From a virus: a DNA stretch of 64,000 nucleotides. Made by a program: the position numbers and the translations under genes. Positions 29,046-38,270 of the stretch are shown in pieces (within the stretch, counting starts at the first letter, position 1; each line of letters begins with the position of its first letter). The notes below the pieces were generated by a model. That model ran no database searches and was not told the DNA's origin. It saw nothing but the letters and a program-made list of their open reading frames with translations. The stretch lies in IMG/VR virus record IMGVR_UViG_3300030099_006944, positions 64,001 through 128,000 of that record. The stretch is one strand, 5' to 3'.

Positions 29046-29452
29046 TGTTACTATTTTTGCTTTCCGCGGCTCTTGCTGAGCCTTTGATGGTTCACCTAGA
29101 AGAAGGCGACGCGGCACCCTTTCACGGTCGTCTAATGAATGATGAAGCGGTAGCCAACATCATTGCTGGGCGAGAGATGTCCGTTGAGCAGTGTGAGATC
29201 CAAAAACAACTCGCGATTTCATTAACAAAAGCGGAATTACAACTGGAAATAGACTATTTAAAAGCAGAGTTGGAAACCGAAACAGAAAAAAATACAACTC
29301 TATTGGCTCTTCGAGATACGGAGATCGAGACTCTTCGAAAACAGATGAAGCCAAATAAAACCATGTGGGCTTTCTTCGGAGGCTTTTTGCTTGCGACAGG
29401 GACATCGTTGGGGACATATTACGCCGTGAGGGAAATCGATGCGAATAACTAA
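29045..29452 (+). CDS. Exported coiled-coil protein with C-terminal TM anchor (possible spanin-like partner)
   Basis: TAATG start. MLLFLLSAALA|EP signal-peptide-like start and C-terminal WAFFGGFLLATGTSLGTYYAV. Confidence 0.4.
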   Translation: MLLFLLSAALAEPLMVHLEEGDAAPFHGRLMNDEAVANIIAGREMSVEQCEIQKQLAISLTKAELQLEIDYLKAELETETEKNTTLLALRDTEIETLRKQMKPNKTMWAFFGGFLLATGTSLGTYYAVREIDANN

Positions 29453-29774
29453 AGAACAATTAAAACAAATGATCTTGGAAGAACTAAGGGAAATAAGGAT
29501 TGACACCGCAGCAGGGTATCATAGTAACCAAGGAACAACAATGTCTGCCGCTGATGAAGAACCACCAGAATTAATAGCTTGGCTAAGGTCACAACCGATT
29601 GACTTAGAACTAGACCGAGATAGTAATGGCAACTGGGTTGTTTATTATGATGCGTTTGACAATGTAAATTTGGATAACTTGCCACCCGGTTGGAGTTCGG
29701 AAGTTCTGGCTCTCGGTGGATCTGATGAAGACAGTAGTTATGTTATATCGCGCGATGATGTGGAGGTTCGATGA
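29439..29774 (+). CDS. Hypothetical acidic protein with conserved N-terminal leader
   Basis: Begins MRITKEQLKQMILEELRE. Confidence 0.6.
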   Translation: MRITKEQLKQMILEELREIRIDTAAGYHSNQGTTMSAADEEPPELIAWLRSQPIDLELDRDSNGNWVVYYDAFDNVNLDNLPPGWSSEVLALGGSDEDSSYVISRDDVEVR

Positions 29775-30148
29775 AAAAAGAGGATCCAAACTACGCCATA
29801 AAAGTAGAGCAGGCAATTGCAAAAAAATACGGTAAAGAAACCGTTGTGAATCCCAAATCTCAATGGGATGATGAAAAAGAAAAAAAATACCTTGACGAAC
29901 TCAAAGAAGTGTATTATAATGATATAAAGGAAGAAGACCATGACAAAGAAGAGGTTGATGGTGTTTTTATCCCCAAGAAACTACTTAAAGAAGAGTCTGT
30001 TCGTTCTTGTTCGACATGTAAAACATATTCGTTCAAATCCAAAGACGATGTCTATATGACAAAATTTGGCTGCTGTTGGAATTGTTACATACAACACATC
30101 GAGGGCAGAGAGGACAGATGGAAAAAAGGTTGGAGACCAAATAAATGA
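29771..30148 (+). CDS. Hypothetical protein with putative zinc-binding CxxC...CCxxC
   Basis: CSTC and CCWNC motifs. ATGA coupling. Confidence 0.5.
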   Translation: MKKEDPNYAIKVEQAIAKKYGKETVVNPKSQWDDEKEKKYLDELKEVYYNDIKEEDHDKEEVDGVFIPKKLLKEESVRSCSTCKTYSFKSKDDVYMTKFGCCWNCYIQHIEGREDRWKKGWRPNK

Positions 30149-30699
30149 GTTCAAATACGTTGGAAATTATTCAAGGGCTAGCACAAGCAGCCGCAAACGC
30201 TTATGATGGAGCGCACGACGAACGCTTTGCTTTGGACGGTCAAATTAGAAAAGTTGGCCTGAATCGTGAAGAAGGTTGTCCCATCATGGATCAGAGAGTA
30301 ACAGATGGTTTTTCAGTTAAGTTCTATGGGGATTCCATATGCATTAATTATCAAAGCGACACGCGCCTTAAAGATGTCCATGATCCCAAATACGAACAAG
30401 ATATTGAAAGAATGCTCAACGAAGTAAAAAAGTTTCTACAAAGAGAGTATAAAGCCGTAACCGGAAAAGGAATCACCCTTAAGAAGAAAGGTGAACCTCG
30501 CGTACTAGTACAAAGCACTTCTAGGGTTCGCACATTTGTACAGGCGTACCAGCACTACACCATCTCTGGCCTAGACAAGGTTACGAATTCTGATCCAATG
30601 GTCGACAAAAATAGAGAAATTACTCGAAAATTTCTAGAACAACATTCAACTAAGCGTCCCAAAAATGACACGCGCAAAAAAGGAAACAATGGAAAATGA
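30145..30699 (+). CDS. Hypothetical protein
   Basis: 184-aa ORF coupled on both sides. Confidence 0.55.
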   Translation: MSSNTLEIIQGLAQAAANAYDGAHDERFALDGQIRKVGLNREEGCPIMDQRVTDGFSVKFYGDSICINYQSDTRLKDVHDPKYEQDIERMLNEVKKFLQREYKAVTGKGITLKKKGEPRVLVQSTSRVRTFVQAYQHYTISGLDKVTNSDPMVDKNREITRKFLEQHSTKRPKNDTRKKGNNGK

Positions 30700-31391
30700 A
30701 GATAACAGAAGAACAACTCAAAGTAATAATTCTAGAAGAATTAGAAAAACTTCATAATGAAGGCTTTTTGGACGATATAGCCCGTAGTGCAAAAAAAGGT
30801 ATGTACAATTTAGGAAGACCACGCAGCGCACCTTCATATGATGAATTGTATACAGAGCTTATAGGCACCCAAGCTGGTTTGCAAGATTTAATGCACACCA
30901 AGCCACAAGAACTAACAAAGTGGACTATGGGGTTTTTCTCAAAACGAGGATGGCCAGAGGGTACAAAAATCAATGAAATGGTTATGCAAATTGATGATCT
31001 AGTTGACCAAACACGCCATGGATCAGATGAAGATGGCGTAGGTATGATGCAAGTCGACAATTTTGAAGAGTTACAACGTTATCTCAAATATTATAGAGAG
31101 AACATCAGAGAAGAAATAAAATCACTAAAAGGCAAATTCCAATCTAACCCAGAACAAGCAAACTCGCAATTGCCCATTCTCGCCCAGCAGTTGTCAGAAG
31201 TTTTATATATTATTTCCGGTCCTAGTCAAGATACTGGTGAGGGGCCAAGTCGATCAGATATTTCCAAAAAGCATTATGCTCCACATATAGAAAGAGCACT
31301 GCGTTCTGTGCAGGAGCACATTACTCAACGTGAAAAATCATACATGTCAGAGTCTAAGCGCTCACAAAGAAAACGCAAAACCAGAGGATAG
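30696..31391 (+). CDS. Hypothetical helical protein with conserved N-terminal leader
   Basis: Begins MKITEEQLKVIILEELEKLHNE and has a basic C-terminus. Confidence 0.6.
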   Translation: MKITEEQLKVIILEELEKLHNEGFLDDIARSAKKGMYNLGRPRSAPSYDELYTELIGTQAGLQDLMHTKPQELTKWTMGFFSKRGWPEGTKINEMVMQIDDLVDQTRHGSDEDGVGMMQVDNFEELQRYLKYYRENIREEIKSLKGKFQSNPEQANSQLPILAQQLSEVLYIISGPSQDTGEGPSRSDISKKHYAPHIERALRSVQEHITQREKSYMSESKRSQRKRKTRG

Positions 31392-32975
31392 ATGGGATTT
31401 AAACTCTCAAAACAAGAAATTGTTAAGGAGATTGTGAAGTGCGGGAAGGATCCACAATTCTTCATCGATAATTATTGTCGTATTTCACATCCACTCAAAG
31501 GACTCATTCCTTTCAAAACCTTCGACTATCAGAAAGATCTCCTCAAAGATTTCAATGATTATCGATTCAATATTATATTAAAAGCCAGACAACTTGGTAT
31601 CTCCACAATCTCAGCGGGATACATTGTCTGGTTTATGCTTTTTCACCGAGACAAAAACATTCTTGTTATCGCAACCAAATTTGGCACGGCAGCAAACTTG
31701 GTGAAGAAGGTAAAACAAATAATGAAGCACCTCCCCGAATGGATCAAAATAGCCAAGATCGTCACGGACAACAAAACTTCATTCGAATTATCAAACGGCT
31801 CACAGATTAAAGCCGGAACCACTTCTGGCGATGCGGGTCGTTCGGAGGCATTATCACTGCTCGTTATAGACGAGGCAGCACACGTAGAAGGCCTTGACGA
31901 GTTGTGGACGGGTCTTTACCCTACTTTGTCAACAGGAGGGCGCTGCATAGCTTTATCGACCCCTAATGGGGTAGGAAATTGGTTCCACAAGACATACGTT
32001 GATGCAGAAACATCTGATAATGATTTTCATCCAATAATTCTGCCATGGGATGTACATCCAGAACGTGATCAGCAATGGTTCACAAAAGAAACTAAAAATA
32101 TGTCCCGGAGGCAAATTGCACAAGAGTTGGAATGTAATTTCAATACATCGGGAGATACCGTCATACATCCGGATGATATGCAATGGTTATTTGAAAATTT
32201 AAAGGAACCTCTATACAAAACAGGATACGATCGTAATTTTTGGATTTGGGAAAAGTATATCGAAGGATGTTCATACGTATTGGTTGCTGATGTTGCGCGA
32301 GGAGACGGAACAGATTTTTCTGTATTTCACGTTTTGAGACTGGATACAATGGCAGTAGTTGCCGAATATCAAGGTAAACCCAATTTAGATCTGTATTCGA
32401 ACGTACTATATGATGCCGGCAAGGAATACGGATTTTGTCTTTTGGTCGTAGAAAATAATGGAATTGGTATCTCTGTTTTGGAAAAATTGATTTCTTTGGA
32501 ATATCCAAAACTATATTATTCTATCAAGTCGACTCACGAATATGTCGAGGCCCACCTAGCAGAAGGTAACGATCGATCGGTACCCGGGTTTACTACTTCT
32601 ACCAAAACAAGACCGCTAATCGTGGCGAAATTAGAGGAGTATGTTAGAAACAAACTAATTACATTGCATTCTAATCGTTTATTTCACGAAATGAAAACGT
32701 TCATTTGGTATAATGGTAAACCACAAGCTATGCGTTCCTACAATGACGATTTGGTCATGGCTCTTGCTATTACCTGTTGGGTCAGGGACACAGCACTGGA
32801 AGAGAACAAAAGAGAAATGGAGTACAAAAGGGCAATGTTGGACGGAATAAAAAAATCTACAACCACTATGAACACTCAGATAAAAGGACAGGACGGCTAC
32901 TCTAAAACGTTTAATGAAAAATACGAAGAAGAAATAAAGAAAACAAAAGAATTTCTCTGGATTTATAAAGGATAA
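31392..32975 (+). CDS. terL: Terminase large subunit (T4 gp17-like)
   Basis: ILKARQLGIST (Walker A region), LLVIDEAAH (Walker B), ALSTPNG, nuclease motifs VADVARGDG and NDDLVMALA. Confidence 0.95.
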   Translation: MGFKLSKQEIVKEIVKCGKDPQFFIDNYCRISHPLKGLIPFKTFDYQKDLLKDFNDYRFNIILKARQLGISTISAGYIVWFMLFHRDKNILVIATKFGTAANLVKKVKQIMKHLPEWIKIAKIVTDNKTSFELSNGSQIKAGTTSGDAGRSEALSLLVIDEAAHVEGLDELWTGLYPTLSTGGRCIALSTPNGVGNWFHKTYVDAETSDNDFHPIILPWDVHPERDQQWFTKETKNMSRRQIAQELECNFNTSGDTVIHPDDMQWLFENLKEPLYKTGYDRNFWIWEKYIEGCSYVLVADVARGDGTDFSVFHVLRLDTMAVVAEYQGKPNLDLYSNVLYDAGKEYGFCLLVVENNGIGISVLEKLISLEYPKLYYSIKSTHEYVEAHLAEGNDRSVPGFTTSTKTRPLIVAKLEEYVRNKLITLHSNRLFHEMKTFIWYNGKPQAMRSYNDDLVMALAITCWVRDTALEENKREMEYKRAMLDGIKKSTTTMNTQIKGQDGYSKTFNEKYEEEIKKTKEFLWIYKG

Positions 32976-32978
32976 AAT

Positions 32979-34913
32979 ATGGCTCGCAACGATAGAAACC
33001 CAAACAACAATCAGTCTCAATTATTTAAAGCTTTAACTAGGCTTTTTTCTGGTCCGATTGTACAACGAAGAACTCAATCCGGAAGGGAATTGAGAAGAAG
33101 ACATTTGGATATGTACGCTAAAAGATTCAGATCTGCTAGTGGTCAACAATTCAAAAAGACAGAATACAACCCGATGAACATCACAACTCTGAATATGATA
33201 TCCAACAGGAATCGTGCAGAGAGATATATTGATTTTGACCAAATGGAGTACACACCAGAGATCGCATCAGCTTTGGATATATATGCAGACGAAATGACAA
33301 CCCACTCAGGGATCACTCCTATATTAAACATCAAGTGCCCGAATGATGAAATCAAATACATTCTCCATTCATTATATTATAATATAATGAATATTGAGCA
33401 TAATCTTTTTGGCTGGGCTCGAACGATGTGTAAATACGGAGATTTATTTTTATATTTGGATATCGATGAAGGATTGGGAATACGGAATTGTATTGGATTA
33501 CCTTGTGGCGAGATTGAAAGATTAGAGGGCGAAGACCCTACAAATCCAAATTATATTCAATACCAATGGAACAATGGAGGTTTAACTCTTGAAAACTGGC
33601 AGATAGCGCATTTTAGAATACTGGGGCACGATAAACATGCACCATACGGCACTAGTGCACTAGAACCCGCTAGAAGAATTTGGAGACAACTTACCCTTCT
33701 AGAAGATGCCATGATGGCTTATCGTATTGTTAGAGCATCAGAACGTCGAGTTTTTAAAATTGATGTTGGTGGCATCGCACCACAAGATGTTGAACAATAT
33801 ATGCAGAAAGTAATGACGCAAATGAAACGTCATCAAGTTACCGACCCTGCTTCCGGTCGCGTTGATTTACGGTACAATCCTCTTTCAATTGAAGAAGATT
33901 ATTTCATTCCAATACGAGGAGGGCAGTCCTCAACAGATATTAGTAACCTTGCTGGTGGGACTTTCACGGCTCAAATCGAGGACGTAAAGTATCTCCGCGA
34001 CAAACTTTTCTCGGCTCTAAAAGTACCCCAATCTTATTTAGCAATGGGTGAAGGTGCGGCTGAGGATAAGACAACTTTGGCCCAAAAGGATATTCGCTTC
34101 GCCAGAACAATTCAGAGACTACAAAGAGTTGTAGTAGCAGAACTTGAAAAAGTAGGAATCATCCACTTGTATACAATGGGATATCGCGATGATGATCTTT
34201 TAAGTTTCAAATTGTCTCTCAATAACCCGAGCAAGATTGCAGAAATGCAAGAATTAGAACATTGGAGCACAAAGTTTGATATTGCCGGTGCAGCTACTGA
34301 GGGATACTTCTCTCGACGATGGGTTGCTGAAAACCTCCTAGGACTTTCCGAAGATGAATTTATCCGGATGCAAAGAGAAATGTTCCACGATAAGAAATTC
34401 ATGGCGGCGCTCGAAGCAGCAGCCGAACCGGCTGGTGAAGGTGGCGGAGGTGACTTAGGTGGCGGAGGTGACTTAGGTGGTGACCTTGGTGGCGATGAAG
34501 GTGGTGATCTAGACTTAGGCGGTGACGAAGGAGGTGACCTAGACCTAGGAGGCGATGAAGGTGGTGGAGAAGATGCAGGAGGTGATGATGAAGATATCCT
34601 CTTGGCGGAACCACCAGCAAAGAGAGATGACGATGCTAAACCAAACCAGCGAGGTCCATACAAAAGACACAAAAGATCTTATAAAAAAGGTGGACTGAAA
34701 AAACAAATGATAAACACTGGAAATGGTGAAGTAGGCACAGCTAGAAAAACTTGGCCCGGTAAAGTTGGTTTTGGAGGATTAGACTCGCTCGTACGAGGGG
34801 TAACAGAGGGCGTGGATAATGATGCTTTAGAAGAAGACAAACTATTTAATACTGACTTTGAAGTAAAAGCATTAATCGAATCACTAAAAAAGGTAAATAA
34901 AAATGAAACATAA
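32979..34913 (+). CDS. gp20: Portal protein (T4 gp20-like) with acidic Gly/Asp C-terminal extension
   Basis: LEDAMMAYRIVRASERRVFKIDVG, EEDYFIPIRGG and IEDVKYLRDKLFSALKVP. Follows terL. Confidence 0.9.
   Translation: MARNDRNPNNNQSQLFKALTRLFSGPIVQRRTQSGRELRRRHLDMYAKRFRSASGQQFKKTEYNPMNITTLNMISNRNRAERYIDFDQMEYTPEIASALDIYADEMTTHSGITPILNIKCPNDEIKYILHSLYYNIMNIEHNLFGWARTMCKYGDLFLYLDIDEGLGIRNCIGLPCGEIERLEGEDPTNPNYIQYQWNNGGLTLENWQIAHFRILGHDKHAPYGTSALEPARRIWRQLTLLEDAMMAYRIVRASERRVFKIDVGGIAPQDVEQYMQKVMTQMKRHQVTDPASGRVDLRYNPLSIEEDYFIPIRGGQSSTDISNLAGGTFTAQIEDVKYLRDKLFSALKVPQSYLAMGEGAAEDKTTLAQKDIRFARTIQRLQRVVVAELEKVGIIHLYTMGYRDDDLLSFKLSLNNPSKIAEMQELEHWSTKFDIAGAATEGYFSRRWVAENLLGLSEDEFIRMQREMFHDKKFMAALEAAAEPAGEGGGGDLGGGGDLGGDLGGDEGGDLDLGGDEGGDLDLGGDEGGGEDAGGDDEDILLAEPPAKRDDDAKPNQRGPYKRHKRSYKKGGLKKQMINTGNGEVGTARKTWPGKVGFGGLDSLVRGVTEGVDNDALEEDKLFNTDFEVKALIESLKKVNKNET
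34440..34570 (+). repeat. Tandem coding repeats in the portal tail (18-nt GGGGDL x2; ~30-nt GGDEGGDLDL x2-3)
   Basis: ggtggcggaggtgactta is exact at 34440-34457 and 34458-34475, followed by degenerate 30-nt units. Confidence 0.8.
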
Positions 34914-35724
34914 TAAGAAAAGAAATACCGCTTTTCTTTACGAATGCCTTATAAAAGAATTAACCAAAGCAATCGTACGAGAAAACAAAGAAAAACAAAC
35001 AATTACAAAAAATATTCTTAAAGAATTTTTTCACAAAGGAAGTATACTTAAAAAAGAATTGGTTTTATATAATTCTTTACTGGAAAGTAAAGGACTAGAA
35101 CCTGAATTTTCTAAGCGACTTCTCGTAGAAACAAAAAAGGATTTTGAGTCCCTCGACAGAAAAAAAGTTTTCAATCAACAGACTCAGCTAATAAATAAAA
35201 TAAACAAACAATTGGGCTTCGGAGCATATTCAAATTTTGTTCCAAACTATAAAGACTTAGCCACACTCGGACTTTTCTTTCAAAATTCAAACCTAAATGC
35301 CAAAAAAAGAATTATGCTGGAAAACAATTTAATTAAATTCCTAGGTAGATCTGATAAAATATTAACCGAAATGAAACATTTGGACAATTTGGAGTACAAA
35401 ACTTTTGTAAAAAAGTTCAACAATGCATATGAGAGAACCCTACAGAAAGAACAAAAAGATCTGTTAACCAATTATATTGTCTCTTTTTCTGACAATGGCC
35501 TAGGTTTGAAAAGTTTTTTAAATGAAGAGATTGGACGTCTCAAAAACGCCGTACAGCAGCAAATTGTAGAAGGGTCAACTACCCCAAATAACGAAAATTT
35601 TAAAAAAGTTAAGGTAAAGCTGGACGGTTACACAAAAAGACCAATAAATCAACAAATGGTTGAGGAGATTTTCTACATTCAAGACTTAATAGCGGAGGTA
35701 ACTAAAAATGAGCGTAAAAATTAA
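34903..35724 (+). CDS. Hypothetical head-module protein
   Basis: 273-aa helical ORF overlapping the portal end. Confidence 0.55.
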   Translation: MKHNKKRNTAFLYECLIKELTKAIVRENKEKQTITKNILKEFFHKGSILKKELVLYNSLLESKGLEPEFSKRLLVETKKDFESLDRKKVFNQQTQLINKINKQLGFGAYSNFVPNYKDLATLGLFFQNSNLNAKKRIMLENNLIKFLGRSDKILTEMKHLDNLEYKTFVKKFNNAYERTLQKEQKDLLTNYIVSFSDNGLGLKSFLNEEIGRLKNAVQQQIVEGSTTPNNENFKKVKVKLDGYTKRPINQQMVEEIFYIQDLIAEVTKNERKN

Positions 35725-36286
35725 CATCACCCCCGAAGAAGAAGCAACTCCGCAAGAACAAGAAAACTCAATTAAGATCGAAATCATCGAGAAAGATGAG
35801 TTGGAATTCAATCTTAACCTGAGGAGTGCCTTAAATGGGGATCTTATGATTTTAGATCACAAGGACATTGATATCGTTGTACAACCAACCTCTAAAAAAG
35901 TAGTCACTTTTGCAAAAGAGATAACATCAGACGCAGTGTATGGTGCCGAATCTAGACTTCTAGAATATTTGAGAAGACAAGGTGTTATAAATTATGATTC
36001 AATTCAAGGTGGAAACGTATATGGATCTTTGGAAGGTCAGATTATGGACTCCAAATCTCATGATCCAATAAAAGTGGCTCTGCTTAAAATTTCTGAATGG
36101 ATGGAAACAGAGAAACCTTATATTTCTGGTACCACGGCATATGACGATATGCAGGATGATGCTTTGATCGATCCGGACAACGAATATTCGACAGAATTAG
36201 GTCAAGTACCACACGCTGCCGAAAAGGGCTCCATTGTTCAGAACAACCTTTTCGCTCCATACCTATATGGAAGATACACTTACTGA
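35708..36286 (+). CDS. Hypothetical acidic head-module protein
   Basis: 192-aa ORF with GGAGGT RBS. Confidence 0.55.
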   Translation: MSVKINITPEEEATPQEQENSIKIEIIEKDELEFNLNLRSALNGDLMILDHKDIDIVVQPTSKKVVTFAKEITSDAVYGAESRLLEYLRRQGVINYDSIQGGNVYGSLEGQIMDSKSHDPIKVALLKISEWMETEKPYISGTTAYDDMQDDALIDPDNEYSTELGQVPHAAEKGSIVQNNLFAPYLYGRYTY

Positions 36287-36996
36287 TGAAAAAACTACTA
36301 GAAAATTTTAAGAGCTTTTTGTCTGAGGACGAAAAAGAACCAATACCTTTACCGGACACTTCTAACATTGGACTTTTTCATGATCCGGATATAGACAATC
36401 ATGAGTTAATATTATATTATCTGACTCCGCGCGGACCCTTTCCATTTGCCGCATGCGGTATAGATCGCCTCAGCGAAAACAAGAAAGGTGAACAATGTAT
36501 ACCTGAGACATGGCATATGTCTTGGATATATGTTCATGAAACCTTTCAAGGTTCGGGTTGGAGTAAAATTTTATACGGACTGTCATTTAATTTGGTTAAT
36601 AAAGAAGGCGCAGGGCTAACATCCGATCATTGGTCTTCCACGTCAGACGATGCAAAAAGCCGCGCTTGGGATAAAATGATATCTCGTAATCAACTGGTTC
36701 CCAGAAAAACTCCGGGTACTCCTCCGACCGGAGGCCACTCTGAATTCGATTATGGTAAGGCCGGATTTAAGAAGACCCCTTTGGATCCCATGGATGACTG
36801 TCGCGAACCCGGAGGCGGAAAAGCAGCAACATCAACTAGTTGGATAATGAAAGGACACAGCTACTTTGATTCGATTTATGATGATCTAACTGAAAATCAT
36901 GATCTGCTTATGTCAGCAGTACCCAATCGTGAACAAGTGGAACGAAGACTATCAGACGTTGCCGCTGATGAATTTGAAGTTGCTTATAGGGGGTAA
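36286..36996 (+). CDS. GNAT-fold-like protein with a T4 capsid-targeting-like N-terminus
   Basis: MKKLLENFKSFLSE start. WIYVHETFQGSGWSKILY resembles the GNAT acetyl-CoA-binding motif A. Confidence 0.45.
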   Translation: MKKLLENFKSFLSEDEKEPIPLPDTSNIGLFHDPDIDNHELILYYLTPRGPFPFAACGIDRLSENKKGEQCIPETWHMSWIYVHETFQGSGWSKILYGLSFNLVNKEGAGLTSDHWSSTSDDAKSRAWDKMISRNQLVPRKTPGTPPTGGHSEFDYGKAGFKKTPLDPMDDCREPGGGKAATSTSWIMKGHSYFDSIYDDLTENHDLLMSAVPNREQVERRLSDVAADEFEVAYRG

Positions 36997-36998
36997 CA

Positions 36999-37328
36999 GT
37001 GGATATAATTAATTTCATCCTAGTTTCTTATGGGATGACCTTCATAGTTGTGTATGGCAAGATATTTGAGAACATAAGACCAACGAAGGATTATAGTAAA
37101 AAATGGAACACCCTTTTTCATTGTCCACTTTGTATGGGTTTTTGGTGTTCTTTATTTTTGTTCTGCATAAACGGTTATACAGAACTATTTACGTTTGAAT
37201 ATTCCCTAGGGAATGCTTTCTGCCTCTCTTGTTTGGGAGCCGGAACTAGTTATTTGCTCTCCATGGTCGTTAACGATTTTGGGTTAAGAGTATCATCAAG
37301 ATCAGGAGGTGATTATGTTGATGATTAA
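36999..37328 (+). CDS. DUF1360-like membrane protein
   Basis: Hydrophobic segments and an LFHCPLCMGFW motif. Confidence 0.5.
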   Translation: MDIINFILVSYGMTFIVVYGKIFENIRPTKDYSKKWNTLFHCPLCMGFWCSLFLFCINGYTELFTFEYSLGNAFCLSCLGAGTSYLLSMVVNDFGLRVSSRSGGDYVDD

Positions 37329-37374
37329 ACGATGGATGCTTCAACCAGTCCGCCGTTGCTGTAGCGGATCATGA
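37315..37374 (+). CDS. 19-aa mini-ORF (MLMIKRWMLQPVRRCCSGS)
   Basis: Near-perfect SD AGGAGGTGA at 37304-37312 directly upstream. Fills the gap before the protease gene. Confidence 0.4.
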   Translation: MLMIKRWMLQPVRRCCSGS

Positions 37375-37417
37375 AGCGCGCCGGTGACGCCGGCAACAAT
37401 TTTTATTTGAGGAAAAT

Positions 37418-38026
37418 ATGTCTAAAACTTTATTAAGAGAATTCTATGCTTTATGTGAGGGTGGTATTTGTCAAGATCTTTTAACCGAAAGAGAAAAAAG
37501 GGAAATGGAAAATGGCGTTCTTTATTTATCAGGTCGTTTGCAAACTGCTGACAAGCAAAACGGAAATGGTCGGGTCTATCCTCACGAAGTCCTCAAAAGA
37601 GAGGTCAACAACTATATGAATGTAGTCAAAGACAATCGTGCTTGTGGTGAACTTGATCATCCGGATGATTCTGTTGTTAATCTTAAAAACGTTTCCCACA
37701 TCATAACTGATATATGGTGGGAAGGAAAGGATGTTATGGGCAAAATCAAAGTGCTCGATACCCCTTCCGGAAGGATCTTGAAAGATCTAGTGAATGCTGG
37801 TGTTAAACTCGGAATATCATCCAGAGGGTTAGGGTCAGTTAGAGAGAGTGCCGGGCAGACTGTTGTTGAAAATGATTTTCAATTAATTTGTTTTGATATG
37901 GTTTCCGAACCTTCAACTCCAAATGCTTATGTCTATCCAAAAGGGCAACAAAATGTATCTTCTAGGCTCAGAGAAGTTAAAGAAAATAGCATTAATGATC
38001 TATTTAAAAAGATCCTAGGAGATTAA
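37418..38026 (+). CDS. gp21: Prohead maturation protease (T4 gp21-like)
   Basis: NGNGRVYP, GELDHP, NLKNVSHII and LGISSRGLGS signatures. Confidence 0.92.
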   Translation: MSKTLLREFYALCEGGICQDLLTEREKREMENGVLYLSGRLQTADKQNGNGRVYPHEVLKREVNNYMNVVKDNRACGELDHPDDSVVNLKNVSHIITDIWWEGKDVMGKIKVLDTPSGRILKDLVNAGVKLGISSRGLGSVRESAGQTVVENDFQLICFDMVSEPSTPNAYVYPKGQQNVSSRLREVKENSINDLFKKILGD

Positions 38027-38030
38027 ATAA

Positions 38031-38270
38031 ATGAAAATAAAAAAAGACCGATTGGTACAAATTATCAAAGAGGAGCTTGATGATTATCAAATGTCAATGG
38101 CACAAGATGATCCGCAAGAATTCATGGCAGGAATGAAATCACAAGAAAGAATCAAGCAGATTGATATTCTAATCGCGGAACTACAAAGAGAAAAAGAAAT
38201 GTTGTTGATGAACATTGATTCTGGTGAGGTCACCTTTGATCAATCAAATACGCGGAGCCCAAATGAATAA
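38031..38270 (+). CDS. Small acidic protein with conserved N-terminal leader
   Basis: Begins MKIKKDRLVQIIKEELDD. AGGAG RBS. Confidence 0.6.
   Translation: MKIKKDRLVQIIKEELDDYQMSMAQDDPQEFMAGMKSQERIKQIDILIAELQREKEMLLMNIDSGEVTFDQSNTRSPNE

Noticed and set aside
31392-31440. Terminase N-terminus (MGFKLSKQEIVKEIV) as a member of the leader family
   Set aside because: Only partial similarity with no terminal L-x-E, and TerL is not expected to be a packaged cargo.
34112-34672. 186-aa Pro/Ser-rich minus-strand ORF
   Set aside because: Mirror image of the portal's Gly/Asp repeats.
27093-37191. Intragenic ACTATTTA copies at 27093 and 37184 as internal late promoters
   Set aside because: About 185-230 nt from the next start and within the number of chance hits expected; plausible but unsupported.
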